Shown: in pieces, positions 1-14,629 of the stretch | Position numbering within the stretch: position 1 is the stretch's first letter | Layout: every line of letters begins with the position of its first letter | Assembly: GCF_009914755.1 (NCBI RefSeq) | Contig: NC_060947.1 | Length of the DNA stretch: 64,000 nt | Strand: one strand, 5' to 3' | Origin: the human T2T-CHM13v2.0 reference genome, Homo sapiens | Translations under genes and position numbers: made by a program | The notes under the pieces: model-generated | Told to the model about the DNA's origin: nothing | Seen by the model: only the letters and a program-made list of their open reading frames with translations | The model's database searches: none

Positions 1-1600
<1,600 letters not shown>

Positions 1601-1663
1601 TATGATGCTAGCTGGTTATTTTGCCCATTCATTGATGCAGTTTCTTCATAGTATTGATGGTCT

Positions 1664-2685
1664 TTACAATTATTGCATTATTGCAGTAGCTGGTACCGAT
1701 TTTTACTTTCCATATTTAGTGCTTCCTTCAGGAGCTCTTGTAGGGCAGGCCTGGTGGTGACAAAATCTCTCAGCATTTGCTTGTCTGTAAAGGATTTTAT
1801 TTCTCCTTCACTTATGAAGCTTAGTTTGGCTGGTTATGAAATTCTGTGTTGAAAATTCTTTTCTTTGAGAATGTTGAATATTTGCGCCCACTCTCTTCTG
1901 GCTTGTTGGGTTTTTGCAGAGATATCAGCTGTTAGTCTGATGGGCTTTCCTTTGTGGGTAACCCAACCTTTATCTCTGGCTGCCCTTAACATTTTTTCCT
2001 TCATTTCAACCTTGGTGAATCTGATGATTACATGTCTTGGAGTTGGTCTTCTCGAGGAGTATCTTAGTGGTGTTCTCCGTATTTCCTGAATTTAAATGTT
2101 GCCCTGTCTTGCTAGGTTGGGGAAGTTCTCCTGGATAATATCTTGAAGAGTGTTTTCCAACTTGGTTCCATTCTCCCCATCACTTTCAGTTACAACAATC
2201 AAACATAGGTTTGGTTTTTTCACATAGTCCCATATTTCTTGGAGGCTTTATTCATTTCTTTTAATTATTTTTTCTCTAATCTTGTCTTCACACTTTGTTT
2301 CATTAAGTTGATCTTCAGTCTCTGATATCCTTTCTTCTGCTTCATTGATTTGGCTATTGATACTTGTGTATGCTTCACGAAGTTCTTGTGTTGTATTTTC
2401 CAGCTACATCAGGTCATTTATGTTCTTCTCTCAACTGGTTATTCTAGTTAGCAATTCCTCTAACCTTTTTTCAAGGTTCTTAGCTTCCTTGCATTGTGTT
2501 AGAACATGCTCCTTTAGCTCAGAGGAGTTTGTTGTTAACCACCTTCTGAAGCCTACCTCTGTCAATTTGTCAAACTCATTCTCCAACCAGTTTTGTTCCT
2601 TTGCTGGCAAGGAGTTGTGATCCTTTGGAGAAGAGGCGTTCTGGTTTTTGGAATTTTGAGGCTTTTTGCACTGTTTTTTCCTGAC
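1664..2685 (-). pseudogene. Disrupted L1 ORF1
   Basis: Lies between the 5'UTR and the inter-ORF spacer. TAA at 1664-1666; the start codon appears mutated near 2685; no continuous ORF in the track. Confidence 0.7.
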
Positions 2686-3391
2686 CTTCGTGGATTTATG
2701 TATCTTTCATCTTTGTTGTTGGTGACCTTTGGATGGGGTTTTTATGTGGACCTCCTTTTTGTTGATGATGATGCTATTTCTTTCTGTTTGTTAGTTTTCC
2801 TTCTCAGTCAGGCCCCTCTGCTGCAGGTCTGCTGGAGTTTGCTGGAGGTCCACTCCAGACCTTCTTTGCCTAGGTATCACCAGCGGAGGCTGCAGAACAG
2901 GAAATATTGCTGTCTGTTCCTTCCTCTGGAAGATTCATCCCAGAGGGTCATCTGCCAGGTGCCAGCCACAGCTCTCCTGTACGAGGTGTCTGTCGACCCC
3001 TGCTGGGAGGTGTCTCCCAGTCAGGAGGCATGGGGGTCAGGGACCCACTTGAGGAGGCAGTCTGTCCCTTAGCAGACCTTGAGCACTGTGCTGGGAGATC
3101 TGCTGCTCTCTTCAGAGCCAGCAGGCAGGAACTTTTAAGTCTGCTGAAGCTGGGCCCACAGCCACTCCTTCCCCCAGGTCCTCTATTCCAGAGAGATGGG
3201 AGTTTTATCTATAAGCACCTGACTGGGGCTGCTGCCTTTCTTTCAGAGATGACCTTCCCAGAGAGGAGGAATCTAGAGAGACAGTCTGGCCACAGTGGCT
3301 TTGCTGAGCTGTGGTGGGCTCTGCCCATTTTGAACTTCCTGGCAGCTTTGTTTACACTGTGAGGGGAAAACTGCCTAATCAAGCCTCAGTA

Positions 3392-3610
3392 ATGGCAGAC
3401 ACCCCTCCCCCCACCACGCTCGCACATCCCAGGTTGACTTCAGACTGTTGTGCTGGCAGCGAGAATTTCAAGCCAGTGGATCTTAGCTTGCCGGGCTCTG
3501 TGGGGGTGGGATCCTCTGAGCTAGACCAGTTTGCTCCCTGGCTTCATCCCTCTTTCCAGAGGAGTGAATGGTTCTGTCTCTCTGACATTCCAGGCGCCAC
3601 TGGGGTATGA
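3392..3610 (+). CDS. L1 ORF0-like antisense ORF (72 aa) in the L1 5'UTR; expression unknown
   Basis: gtaATGG context. MADTPPPTTLAHPRLTSDCCA...SVGVGSSE resembles the L1 ORF0 N-terminus (MAGAPPPASLPPCSLISDCCAS...SVGVGPSE, recalled). Open to TGA at 3608-3610. Confidence 0.5.
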   Translation: MADTPPPTTLAHPRLTSDCCAGSENFKPVDLSLPGSVGVGSSELDQFAPWLHPSFQRSEWFCLSDIPGATGV

Positions 3611-4029
3611 AAAAACAAAACAAAACAAAACAAAAAAACACCTGCAGCTAGCTTGGTGTCTGCCCAAATGGACGCCCAGTTTTGCGCTTGAAACCCAGGC
3701 CCCTGGTGGTGTAGGCACCTGAGGGAATCACCTGGTCTGTAGGTTGTGAAAACCATGGGAAAAGTGTGGTATCTGGGCTGGAATGCACAGTCCCTCACGT
3801 CTTCTCTTGGCTAGGGGAGGGAGTTCCCAGACCCCTTGTGCTTTCCAGGTGAGGTGACACCCCACCCTGCTTTGGCTCAACCTCCATGAGCTGCACCCAC
3901 TGTCTAACCAGTCCCAGTGAGATGAGCTGGGTATGTCAGTCAAAAATGCAGAAATCACGCACCTTCTGTGTTGATCTTGCCAGGAGTTGCAGACTGGAGC
4001 TATTCCTATTCGGCCGTCTTGCCAGCCAC

Positions 4030-4186
4030 AGGTATTTTATTCTTTTTGTGGCAATTGTGAATGGGATTGACTTTCTTATTTGACTGTGGTTGGTGTATAG
4101 GAATGCTAGCGATTTTTGTACATTGAGTTTGTATCCTGAAACTTTGCTGAAGTTGTTTATCAGCTGAAGGAGCTTTTAGGCCAAGG
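4030..4186 (-). mobile_element. Older L1 (L1PB/old L1PA) ORF2 fragment, host of the L1PA8-like insertion
   Basis: aggtattttattctttttgtggcaattgtgaatgggatt...actttgctgaagttgtttatcagc is antisense L1 ORF2 RT-region sequence. Confidence 0.8.
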
Positions 4187-4189
4187 TAT

Positions 4190-4950
4190 GTTTTGATTAT
4201 CTTAGAGTTGGCCTTGTTCAACTTTGCTAATCTGATAAGGGTGAAATGATATCTCATTGTAATTTTTATTTGTGTTGTTCAAATGTTACTGAAGTTGAAT
4301 ACCCTTTTGTATGCTTAGTGTCGTTTGCTTTTATTTTCTCATTTCAGAAGATACCCTTTGCCATTTTTTCTATTATAACCTATTTTTGTTCTTTTTAAAA
4401 ATTTTTAGTTTATAAGAGCTTATTGTATATCAAATAATATATTCTTTTCTCTTATCATATGTAGCTGAAAATATTTTCCACAGTTTGTCACTTTTTAAAA
4501 AATTAGTTTGAGGTGTTGTTTGACTAAATGTAATTTTTAAATTTAGTTTTTTTATATTCAAATTTTCCAGACCTCAAGTTTATGGTTCTTAATTCTTATG
4601 ACATGTTAGGAATTTCTTACCCTAAGATTTTTAGAAAAATTCAACTAAAGTATATTTTATAGCCTTTGTGGTATTGCTTTTTTAAATTACATTTTTGATA
4701 TACCTGACTTCAATTTTGATATAAAAAGGTAGAATTTCAACTAGGAATGTAGCTTTTGATTTCATTCTATACACAAACTAGTGTTAGTAGGGGTTAAATG
4801 TTTCTAATCTTAATCTTTCCCCCAAGTTGATATCTTGTTGACCAAATATCAAATATCTTGTTGACCAAAGATGAAATAATATTTCATCTTTTCCCAAGTG
4901 ATTTTTACCATATACTGAATTACCACATATATTAAGTTCTACTGCTAGAT
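4190..4950 (-). mobile_element. Ancient L1M fragment
   Basis: Degenerate L1 antisense motifs (tttgctaatctgataagggtgaaatgatatctcattgtaattttt; ttttccacagtttgtc). Confidence 0.6.
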
Positions 4951-5232
4951 TATATTTAATGAAATACTCATATTTAATTTAGGAGGCTGTGTCACATATA
5001 GAAAAAGTATAGCTTTGAGGCCAGATTCACGTAGGTGTATGAAATCATTTTGAAGAGAACTTATCTTTCTTGAGCGTCCACTATTTGCTAAGTACCTTAT
5101 ATATAACTCTATTATTTCCAAGCTGTCTGACCTTTAGTTAAGTACTTATCATTTTCTTTCTTCTTCACCTGTGTAATTTGAACTGTAAACCTATTCCCTA
5201 GGGTTTTTCTGGGCTTCATATGAAATACTGTA

Positions 5233-6558
5233 AGGCAATTCATGCTTTGCACAATAGTGCAGTTCCATAAAAATGACCATGTAAACTGAAAACATGTAAG
5301 GTGGTCTCATTGATTATTGAGAAAAATTATTGTTTTGTGTCTTAAAAATTTTGTCAAAATGTCATCACAAACTCTTACTGTTTGTTATAAATGTATAAGG
5401 GAATGCAATAAAATTATGAAACTAATATTTACTCATATACTATAATCTAAAACATTAGAAATATTGAAAATTAAAGTGTTTTATATCTTTGTGAAAAATT
5501 GTTGTATCGGGAATAGTGTGAATAGTGTTCACCTTGTCTTACAGTAACTTTCAGTATGGATCAAGAATCTTTTCTATACCTTGGTGAGTTGTCATACTCT
5601 TTTCCAAGTTTGAATCAGCTTCAGTATCTTATCATTTGCACTGTCAATATTGTGAAATATCTCCAAGAGTTTCTCTAATGTGAAAATTTTCACTAGTGCC
5701 ATTTCTTCAGGGACCGCCCCATCCTTTTCTTACAATGGCTTTCCTGATTTATGTTGATTAGCTCACCTTCACGAAGTTCCCTCTGGCTTCATATCTAGAG
5801 TCTCTTGATTGATGGCAGTGTCATACTTTCCATTGTCAGATAGTTATTCTATAGGTCCGTTTATGTTTGATTCTAATTTCACTTTCTGTGTTATTATTTA
5901 TTGTTTCATTGCTTCTCTTTGTCTTTCTTGGCCAATTCCCTGTTTCAGTTATCATTCATTTATTTCACGCCATACACAAAATAGTGTTAGTTGGAATTAA
6001 ATATTTCTAATCTTGATTTTTCTCAAAATTGCCATCTTGTTGATCAGATATCATATATTAAACACTATTTTGTCTTTTCCCAAGTGATTTTTATCATATA
6101 CTAAATTACCACATATACTAGGCTGTAATTATTGATTGTATTTAATGAAATACTCTAATTTAAGAGGCTGTGTCACATACTGAAAAAAATATAACTTTTA
6201 TAGATATATATCTATTTTCATAAAATGTCATGGATGTGTCACTGAGAGACAAGGGGACAACACAGTTACACATCTTGCCATATGTGTATGAACTGAATAA
6301 CAGATGATTAGTGACCAATCACTGGCAGACATTGAAAGAAGTGATGAAATAGATCACTAGTCATGATGCACATTGTTATTACATAGTAGATTTGTAGACT
6401 GAAGAGCCAGCAGTGAGGTTTGTACTTAATGCAGTTATTCACAGTATACAGTGAGAACTGAAATCTGAACTGTGCTCTTGGGGAGCTAGTGTTCTTTAAA
6501 TAAACTGTGGAATCTGAAATATATGTATACAGAATTGTGAAAAGTTAAGAACTGGATG
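5233..6558. mobile_element. TcMar-Tigger-type DNA transposon fossil inserted in a MIR, interrupted at about 5960-6210
   Basis: Degenerate terminal inverted repeats (aggcaattcatgctttgcacaat ... attgtgaaaagttaagaactgga) and Tigger-like internal sequence. MIR halves flank it (about 4985-5232 and 6559-6615). Confidence 0.7.
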
Positions 6559-8527
6559 CAAAGTATATCCCACAGTCCTTGACACAAAGTAGGTGCTCAT
6601 AAAAGTTAAGCTTCCTTTTATTTTCCCTTTAGATGACTCTAAACAGGCCTACACAAATTTTAGTGTTAATTGGGGTTAGACATTGTGTCCTTCAGCTACT
6701 ACTAACCTCTGTATACTCCATCCTATAATCATGGTTTCCCTCCCAGTTTGGGGGTCTAGTTATATCTGACATTTTCAACCATTATTTATAAATATGTGAG
6801 TTTTAAAATTAAATGTTCTCCCTCAAAAAATGTTCACAAATCACTTAGGCATTGATAATGAAACAAGTGAGTCTTATCAATGAGAGTAGCTTTAGGTAGG
6901 TGACCAAGCAGAAAGTTCATTCAAGGGTTGATGTTTTAAATTTTTACTTCTAATGATGTTGAATTTGAATTATTTATTGGCTCTAGGAGACTAGGATGTT
7001 GAATTTATTGTAGAACCTTGAAAAGTGTTGTTACCTCCTTTTGCTAGCACCTTAGTACAGATACAACATTGTTGCAGTGCCACTTCCTCTCTTAGAGGTC
7101 TTCATTGAGTATGTGAAATGACTCCGAAATACCAATTTCAGACATGCCCATTTTAGGTCATAGTTTATCTTTCACAAAGGTAGGCCACCATTTTGTCATT
7201 CTTTAGCAGGTGCCAATTGCTGTTAAGCTAAACTTGCTATAAACAATAGTAGTTCTCTGGCATGATGACTCTTATGGCCATCTGTTAGGGTGGCACTGTG
7301 CCCACCCATAGGGTGGTATGCCAGTTTCAACAGGGCACAGGTGCCAGCCAAACATAGGTTTAGAAGGCTAGCCTGCAAGAACTCAGCAAGGAGATCCTCC
7401 AAGTGGTTAGTGATGCCAAATTAGACCCACATGCTTCATTACAAGGGATCACATCTGTTGATGCTTGTGGGCATTATATTGTCAATTAAGGCTTTTCTTT
7501 CTGTTTCTTTATTCATTCCAACTTTGGAATGGGAATACAGAAAATCAGGAGCAAAATTACTCCTTGGCCAGAAAAATAATCAGTATTTCCCATGTCATCC
7601 CCTGATGTCAGTTTTCTGCAGCTCCAAACTTTATTCTAAATTATGTGAAAACCAAAAGACACATGATGCTAGCTTATGATGCTCTATTATTAAAGATGAC
7701 ATTTAGGAAACAACCAGCTAACTCTATCTCTGATTATCGACAACATTTTAAGAATTTATCTGCTGGAAACAGAGATTTTAATCCTAGTTAAGTGTGTGTC
7801 TCATGTATCACCTGTTATTTCTTTATTGAAGGATTATTTTCAACCAAAGACAAGATGGACCACAACGAGTCATTTATTATCCAGTGTTCTCTTTCATGTC
7901 TGGGCTGCAGTGCATGGCTTGACTCCAGAATAGTGTTATTACACCTTTGTGTGTTTCAAACTACACTACAGGTTAGGTATATGAGACATAAGGGAAATAC
8001 AGCTACCTATGCCACATAGAAACACAGAAAGAGTTTTTGGAGATTTAGGAACAGAGGCAGGGCTGAGGTTAGAAAGCTTTCTTGTTGTATAATACAGACC
8101 ATGGTAGTGTCTTAAATATGGGATGGTGTTTAAAAGTTCACATCAGTCATTTTCATTTCCCCCAAATGTTTATGCACCTAGATTACAGATACATTCATGA
8201 AGAATTACTAATACCATAGCTTGTCATGTAAAATAACCTAGAGGACTTTGGCGTATATGCTTGATTTTTGTGATTGCTAGCTTAACATGTGTATTTTCCC
8301 TCTCTCACTCTTTTCCATTGATAACACTAACATAAACAGAAATCAAAACTGGGCATTCTGTTGCATCCCAGTGTATTATTTCCTCATGGTACTGAGCATT
8401 CAATCTATCAATCCTAATTATCAGGCAGATTAGAAGTAACCAAAGCAGGATATATCCCACAAAAGCGCAGAAATTATAGGATGGAAACAGCATAAAGGGA
8501 CGTGGGTGATGGTGGGGAAGAGGAAAA

Positions 8528-8719
8528 GAGTAGAGTAGTGAGTGCACAAGCATTGAGGTCACAGAGACCTGGGTTGGAATTCCAGCTCTACTCCTAGCTC
8601 CTATTAATACTACCAGTTACTACTAGCAGATGTGTAAGCTTGGGCAAAACATTAAACCTCTCTCATCCTCATTTTTCTCACCTGTAAAATAAAGACAATT
8701 ATACACACACACATGCACG

Positions 8720-8754
<35 letters not shown>

Positions 8755-8800
8755 CTACTGGCACATAGTGGGCACTCTGCAAATAGTTGTTATTAACAAT
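8528..8800 (+). mobile_element. MIR containing a (CA)n microsatellite at 8703-8751
   Basis: MIR core tgggcaaaacattaaacctctctcatcctcatttttctcacctgtaaaat and 3' end ggcacatagtgggcactc. Confidence 0.75.
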
Positions 8801-9157
8801 ATGATCACTATTATTATGGTGTAGAGTCAAGGAAAGGAAGGGGTGGCAGAAGAACAATCTTATTTTGTCAGCGTAATGACTTAGAGGGCCCACCAGGTGC
8901 TTCTTCAGAATTATTTTGGAAAGCTAAATGTATTATGATTTCCCAGCATACTCCCCACAGTGGCTGCCCTAAGTGCCATTATTCTCTTCTAGCCCCTAAT
9001 CCCATCATAATGCCTTCACCATGCACAGCTGATCATCTTTCCTCTCTGCATAATTAACCTTTCTCTCTTTTAGGATTATATTTAACACATACAAATAAAT
9101 ATACATACATATATATAATAATTTTTTGGGGGGTATCCAGTGCCCTGTGGCATGTGG

Positions 9158-9563
9158 TTTTCTTTTTTTTTATTATTATTATACTTAAGTTCTGGGATAC
9201 ATGTGCAGAACGTGCAGATTTGTTACATAGGTATACATGTGCCATGGTGGTTTGCTGCACCCGTCAACCCGTATCTGCATTAGGTATTTCTCCTAATGCT
9301 ATCCCTCCCCTTGCCCCCGCCCCTTGACAGGCCCTGGTGTGTGATGTTCTCCTCCCTGTGCCCATATGTTCTAATTGTTCAACTCCCACTTATGAGTGAG
9401 AACATGTGGTGTTTGGTTTTCTGTTCCTGTGTTAGTTTGCTGAGAATGATGGTTTCCAGCTTCATCCATGCCCCTGCAAAGGACATGAACTCATTCTTTT
9501 TTATGGCTGCATAGTATTCTATGGTGCATATGTGCCACATTTTCTTTATCCAGTCTATTATTG
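9158..9563 (-). mobile_element. 5'-truncated L1PA (L1PA7/8-like) 3' end
   Basis: T-run followed by tatacttaagttctgggatacatgtgcagaacgtgcag...ctcccacttatgagtgagaacatg, an antisense L1PA 3'UTR. Confidence 0.9.
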
Positions 9564-11985
9564 TATATAATTTTTATATTCAGTATAAAGAAAAGTGTAA
9601 TGAACATGCATATACCCACCCTGAAGCTTAAGGCTCCAAGATTACAAACATCACTGAAGTTTCCTGTGTGCCACCCCTACCCTCATTTTATGCCTCCTTC
9701 ATCCCCATGAGGGCAAACACTATTCTGATTTTATCTTTTCTTCTTTTTCATTGTTTTCTGTTATACTTTTATCACATATGTGATTGACATATGTGTCAAT
9801 ACTTAAATAATACATTGTCAGTGCTTTTGAGCATTATATGAATGGTGTCATACTGCCTGTTTTCCCTCTGCAAGTTGCTTTTTTCACTCAACATTATGTT
9901 TGTGCAATTCATCCATGTTGATGCATTTTTGCAGTTCATTCATTCTCATATAAATAGTATTTCATAGAATGAATGAAACATAATTTATTCATTCTTCTTT
10001 TGATGTCTATCTGGATTGTTTCCCACTTTTTGCTACTAATGAACATTCTTAAGCTTGTCTCTTCATGTACATGTGCAAAAGATTATTTAGGTATATACCT
10101 GGGAGAGAAACTGCTGACATTTAGGGCCTGTTTAACTTCAACTTTTCAAGACAATGTGAAACTTTTTTTAAAAAACTATGTTAATTAATACTTTAACCAG
10201 CAGTGAACATAATTCTCTTTGCTTTACATCCTGACTAGATCTTAGTATCATCAGACTTCAAAATTTTTGCCAATCCAGTGGTATAAAACTATACCCCATT
10301 CCTTCTAATCTGTGTTTCCCTTATTACTAATGAGGGTGGGCATCTTTCCATGTTTATTGGCCATTCGTGTTTATTATTCTGTGAAATGCCTGTTAAATGT
10401 TTTGCCTGTTTTCCTCCTGACTTGTTAGAAGTGACCCACTTTATCTTAGTATACTTTTTGCCTTAAAGTTGACTTTATCTAATATCAGTAAACAATTTCA
10501 GCTTTCTTTGAGGTGGTATCAGCATAATAAAGTTTATCACTTTCTGTTACCTTCAACCTTTCTGTTACCCTGTGTTTTAGGTGAGTCTCTAATAGCTAGC
10601 AGGTAAACGGATTTTTAAAAATTCAGATAAACAATCTTTGTCTTTCAACTGGAACATTTAGTTTACTTATACTTAATGTAATTAATGACCTATTTAAATC
10701 TACTGTTCTTATATTTTCAATTAGTCTTGGCTATTTTATTTAATTTTCCTTTCATTAATTGTGGCCTTTTAGAGTGATCACATGTGTTTGTATTCCATCC
10801 CCCTTCCTGTACTGGTTTAGAAGTTATATATGCTTTATTTGTTATTTCAATTATAAATATATATACTTTACTTCTATTATTTTCAGTTATACTATGCACA
10901 CTTATTAAAGACTAATGGCAAGGAATAACTTTACCCTTCTCCTGGGGAGTACAAAGAGCTTAAGACAGTTTTACTCTATCATCCTTCCTACTTATATTAC
11001 TATTAAATAATTTTATTTCTGTTTTTTTAAGCCCACCAGATATCATTACTACAGTTTTTAAAAATTGATACATAATACTTGTACATATTTATGGGGTACA
11101 TGTGATATTTTGATACATGCATACAATGTATAATTATTAAGTCAGGGTAATTGGGATTACTATGGTTTTATACAATCAGTGGTCATTATATTTGCCTACA
11201 CATTTACTACTACTTTTTTTAATACTTCTTGCATGTCAGACCTTCTATCTGTGACTACAGTCCTTCTGCTTGAAGTATATCTTTTAAAATTTCCTTCAGT
11301 GAGGCTCTGTTGGTGACGAATTTTTTGTTTACTTTTAAATATCTTTATTTCCCCTTTGTTCTTATAGTACACTTTTTTCTGAGTATAGGATTTTTTTTTT
11401 TAGCACATTGAAATTTTTATTCTACTCTCCTCTGGCTTCCATAGTTAGTATTTCTCTGGCTTACTTAAAGGTTTTCTTGTTTTCCTATGGTGTCTCTGGG
11501 TATAGATTTCTCTTTGTTTTTGTTGTTTTCTCTGTTTAGGAATTGTTGTGTTTTTGGAATCTGTGAATTAGAATTTGTTAGTTCTGGAAAATTATCAACC
11601 ATTATTTCTTCAAATATTGCCTCTATTCTTTCCAGTTTTCCCTTCTGGGAGTCTGATTAGACTTATGCTAAACCTTCACATACTGTAATCCATATCTTTT
11701 AGCTTTCCTTTCATATTTTTATCTGTGCTCCAATCTAGGTAATTTCCTTAGATACACATTTTAGTTCACCATTTCTGGCTTCAGCTATATGTATTCAATT
11801 TGTTGCTTAAGCCATCCATTAAGATTTAATATCAGTGGTTATATTTAAGTTGTTTCTATTTTTAATTCTCAAATATTTATGTTCGTTGTTGATGATCTCT
11901 TGTTTTCTGCCCATTTTTGTTTCTTTTATTTCTTTGAAGATCCAGATTATTGTGCATTCTATTTTTTTTTTTTATCCGTAACAGT
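9564..11985 (-). mobile_element. Ancient L1M/L1ME fragments
   Basis: Degenerate antisense L1 3'UTR/ORF2 motifs (ttttttcactcaacattatgtttgtgcaattcatccatgttg; ttctggaaaattatcaaccattatttcttcaaatatt). Confidence 0.65.
11059..11155 (-). mobile_element. Short L1MA 3'-end insertion with TSD
   Basis: ttgatacataatacttgtacatatttatggggtacatgtgatattttgatac. TSD attactacagtttt (11045-11058) / attactatggtttt (11156-11169). Confidence 0.8.
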
Positions 11986-11995
11986 TAAAATTATT

Positions 11996-12340
11996 GGTTG
12001 GGTGCAGTGGCTCACACTTGTAATCCCAGCACGTGGGGAGGCCTAGGCTGGAGGATCACTTGAGCCCAGGAGTTCAAGACCAGCCTGTGCAACATGGCAA
12101 ATCCCTGTCTCCACCAAAAAAAAAAAAACATTGGCCAGGGGCGGGGGAGGGGGTTGGGAGGTGGTGGCACACACCCATAGTCCCAGCTATGGGGAGGAGG
12201 GGACTGTTGCTGAGGCCAGAGAATTGCTTGAGCCCAGGAGGTCCAAGCTACAGTGAGCTGAGATCACTGTACTCCAGCCTGGGCGATAGAGGGAGGCCCT
12301 GTCTCAAAACAACAACAAGAACAACAACAGCAACAAATAC
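11996..12340 (+). mobile_element. AluJ
   Basis: Dimeric Alu with AluJ-type ggaggatcacttgagcccaggag and a (CAA)n tail. TSD ttaaaattatt (11985-11995) / ttaaaattctt (12341-12351). Confidence 0.9.
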
Positions 12341-13456
12341 TTAAAATTCTTAAAGGTTTAAATCTGTTCTTTCTTGTTTCTTCTGAGTCTTATTCATGGC
12401 AACTTGTTTCCTTATGTGGTTAGTGATTAAACACTTGTTTCCTTATGTGTTGTGTGCTTCTATTTGGCTAAACAATTTGTGGGGCTCTTATAGGTCTGGG
12501 TTGAGGACGGTTTTTTCACAGATAATTTTATGTCCTTTTGCTGGCCAAAAGGGATGCTACTATACTGGAATAACTTCTAGGCTTGGTGTTTTTCAGCCAT
12601 GCTGGTTGAGTAAATTTAAATCCCAGTTTCTTCTAAAGGAGATCTCTGGAAACAAATTTTTGGGTTTGGGGTGCAGTAGAGATTCCTACTATTATTATTA
12701 ATTCATGTCCTTCTGCAGCTGTGGTGAAGAAAAGTTTCCTTGTAGGCTTGCTCTAATGGCTGATAGATTTTGTTTCTGGCCTATTTTTCACTGACAATGT
12801 AGCACCTTGAAGAGAGCCAGATGTACCTGATTATCTCAAGTACAGCTTCTTTATTTGCCTAGGCCCAACGATTAGGATTTCATTTCCAACTTCCAAAACT
12901 CTACGTTACTGGCATGAATATCTTCACACTGGGTTTTCTTTACTTTTATATTGTTTACTACCCAGTTCTGGTTTCAGCTTGTTCCTCCTTCTTTATCTAC
13001 CTCCTACCCCAACTTCTGTTTTTCCCTCCCCCACTACCTTCAATTCTTCTTACTTTCTTCTGAGCTCGGCAATGCATTGTAAAATATATTGTTATAAGTC
13101 ATCCACAGCATTTAGAATTTTCGAAGTAGTAGGGCTATTTAGAATATCTTGTTCACAATGTTACCAAAATAGTTTTCCTTCTCTTAATTTCTAGTTCTCA
13201 AACTGTAGTGTCTTTTTTTCTTGCAAATAACACCTTTTTGTGTGTCCTTGATCTTATCTCTGCCCAACTCCTCCCAAACCTGGTTCTGTTATTTGTCCTG
13301 TTAGTCTGTTTCATCTTCAACATTTTTCCCTTCTGTATCCAAATACCTCAGGGTATCCTCCCTCCCAAGAAAATCTTCCCACAATCCTAGTAGCTCTCAA
13401 CCTACTATTTTATCTTTCTGATTACTGTAACTAATCAATCAAATATTATCTTTCTA

Positions 13457-13760
<304 letters not shown>

Positions 13761-14014
13761 CTAATCATCTCCGTAGCTGGCAGCATTCTTTGACACCAAC
13801 CCCCTTTCTTCTCTGAACCTTGAAACCCTTGGACTTCTCTCTCACTTCATATACAGGCTGTTGCCCAATCCTATATGATAGGGCTTGCTCTGGAACATAT
13901 TTCATATCCATTTTTTCCTGTCCCAGGACACAGCCCCAGTTAATTATTGCAACCCTCTCTAACCAGTCTCTCCAGCTCAATCCTCACCAAAGTTGCATCT
14001 TCAATTCAGTAATA

Positions 14015-14370
14015 TGCTGCCTGGGTTTTCCATTAAAATCACCTGAGGTGCTTTAAAAATTGCTAATACCCAAATCTCATCCCCAAGATTTCTGATTTGA
14101 TGAATACAGTAGGGGGCTTTGCGCATCAGGCTATTTTTTTTTTTTAAAGCTCCCAGGTGATTCTAATGTGCAGCCAAACTTGTGATCTATTGTTCTAACC
14201 CAGTGGTTCTCACACTTCAGAGTGCATCTGAAACCTCCGGAGGGTTTATTCAAAGTGAGTGCTGGGCACCACCCCCACAATTTCTAATTCAGTAAGTCTG
14301 CAGCAGGCCTGAACGTCTCACAAGCACTCAGGTGAAAATGATGATGCTGGACCAGGGACCACAGCTCTAA
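14015..14370. mobile_element. Two adjacent hAT-Charlie MER5-type elements
   Basis: aaatcacctgaggtgctttaaaaa...ctcccaggtgattctaatgtgcagcca, followed by cagtggttctca...tgctggaccagggaccaca. Confidence 0.75.
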
Positions 14371-14629
14371 TTCTATAGCCGTAGCTAAACAACAGGTCTC
14401 ATAATATCACTGCTCTGCTCTAAATCCTTTAAGGGTTCCCTATTAACTATCAAAATAAGTACAAGTCACTCTTTATCTGGCCTTCAAAGCCCTTTACCAT
14501 CTCTTCCTAGATTCCTAATTCCTGCTATATTTTCTATTACTTTCCCTATGTACCAATCAAATGGGACTGCTGGCTCTTTTTTAAATCCAACTAGTATTAT
14601 CTCTTGCCTTCATATATTTGCTCATATTG

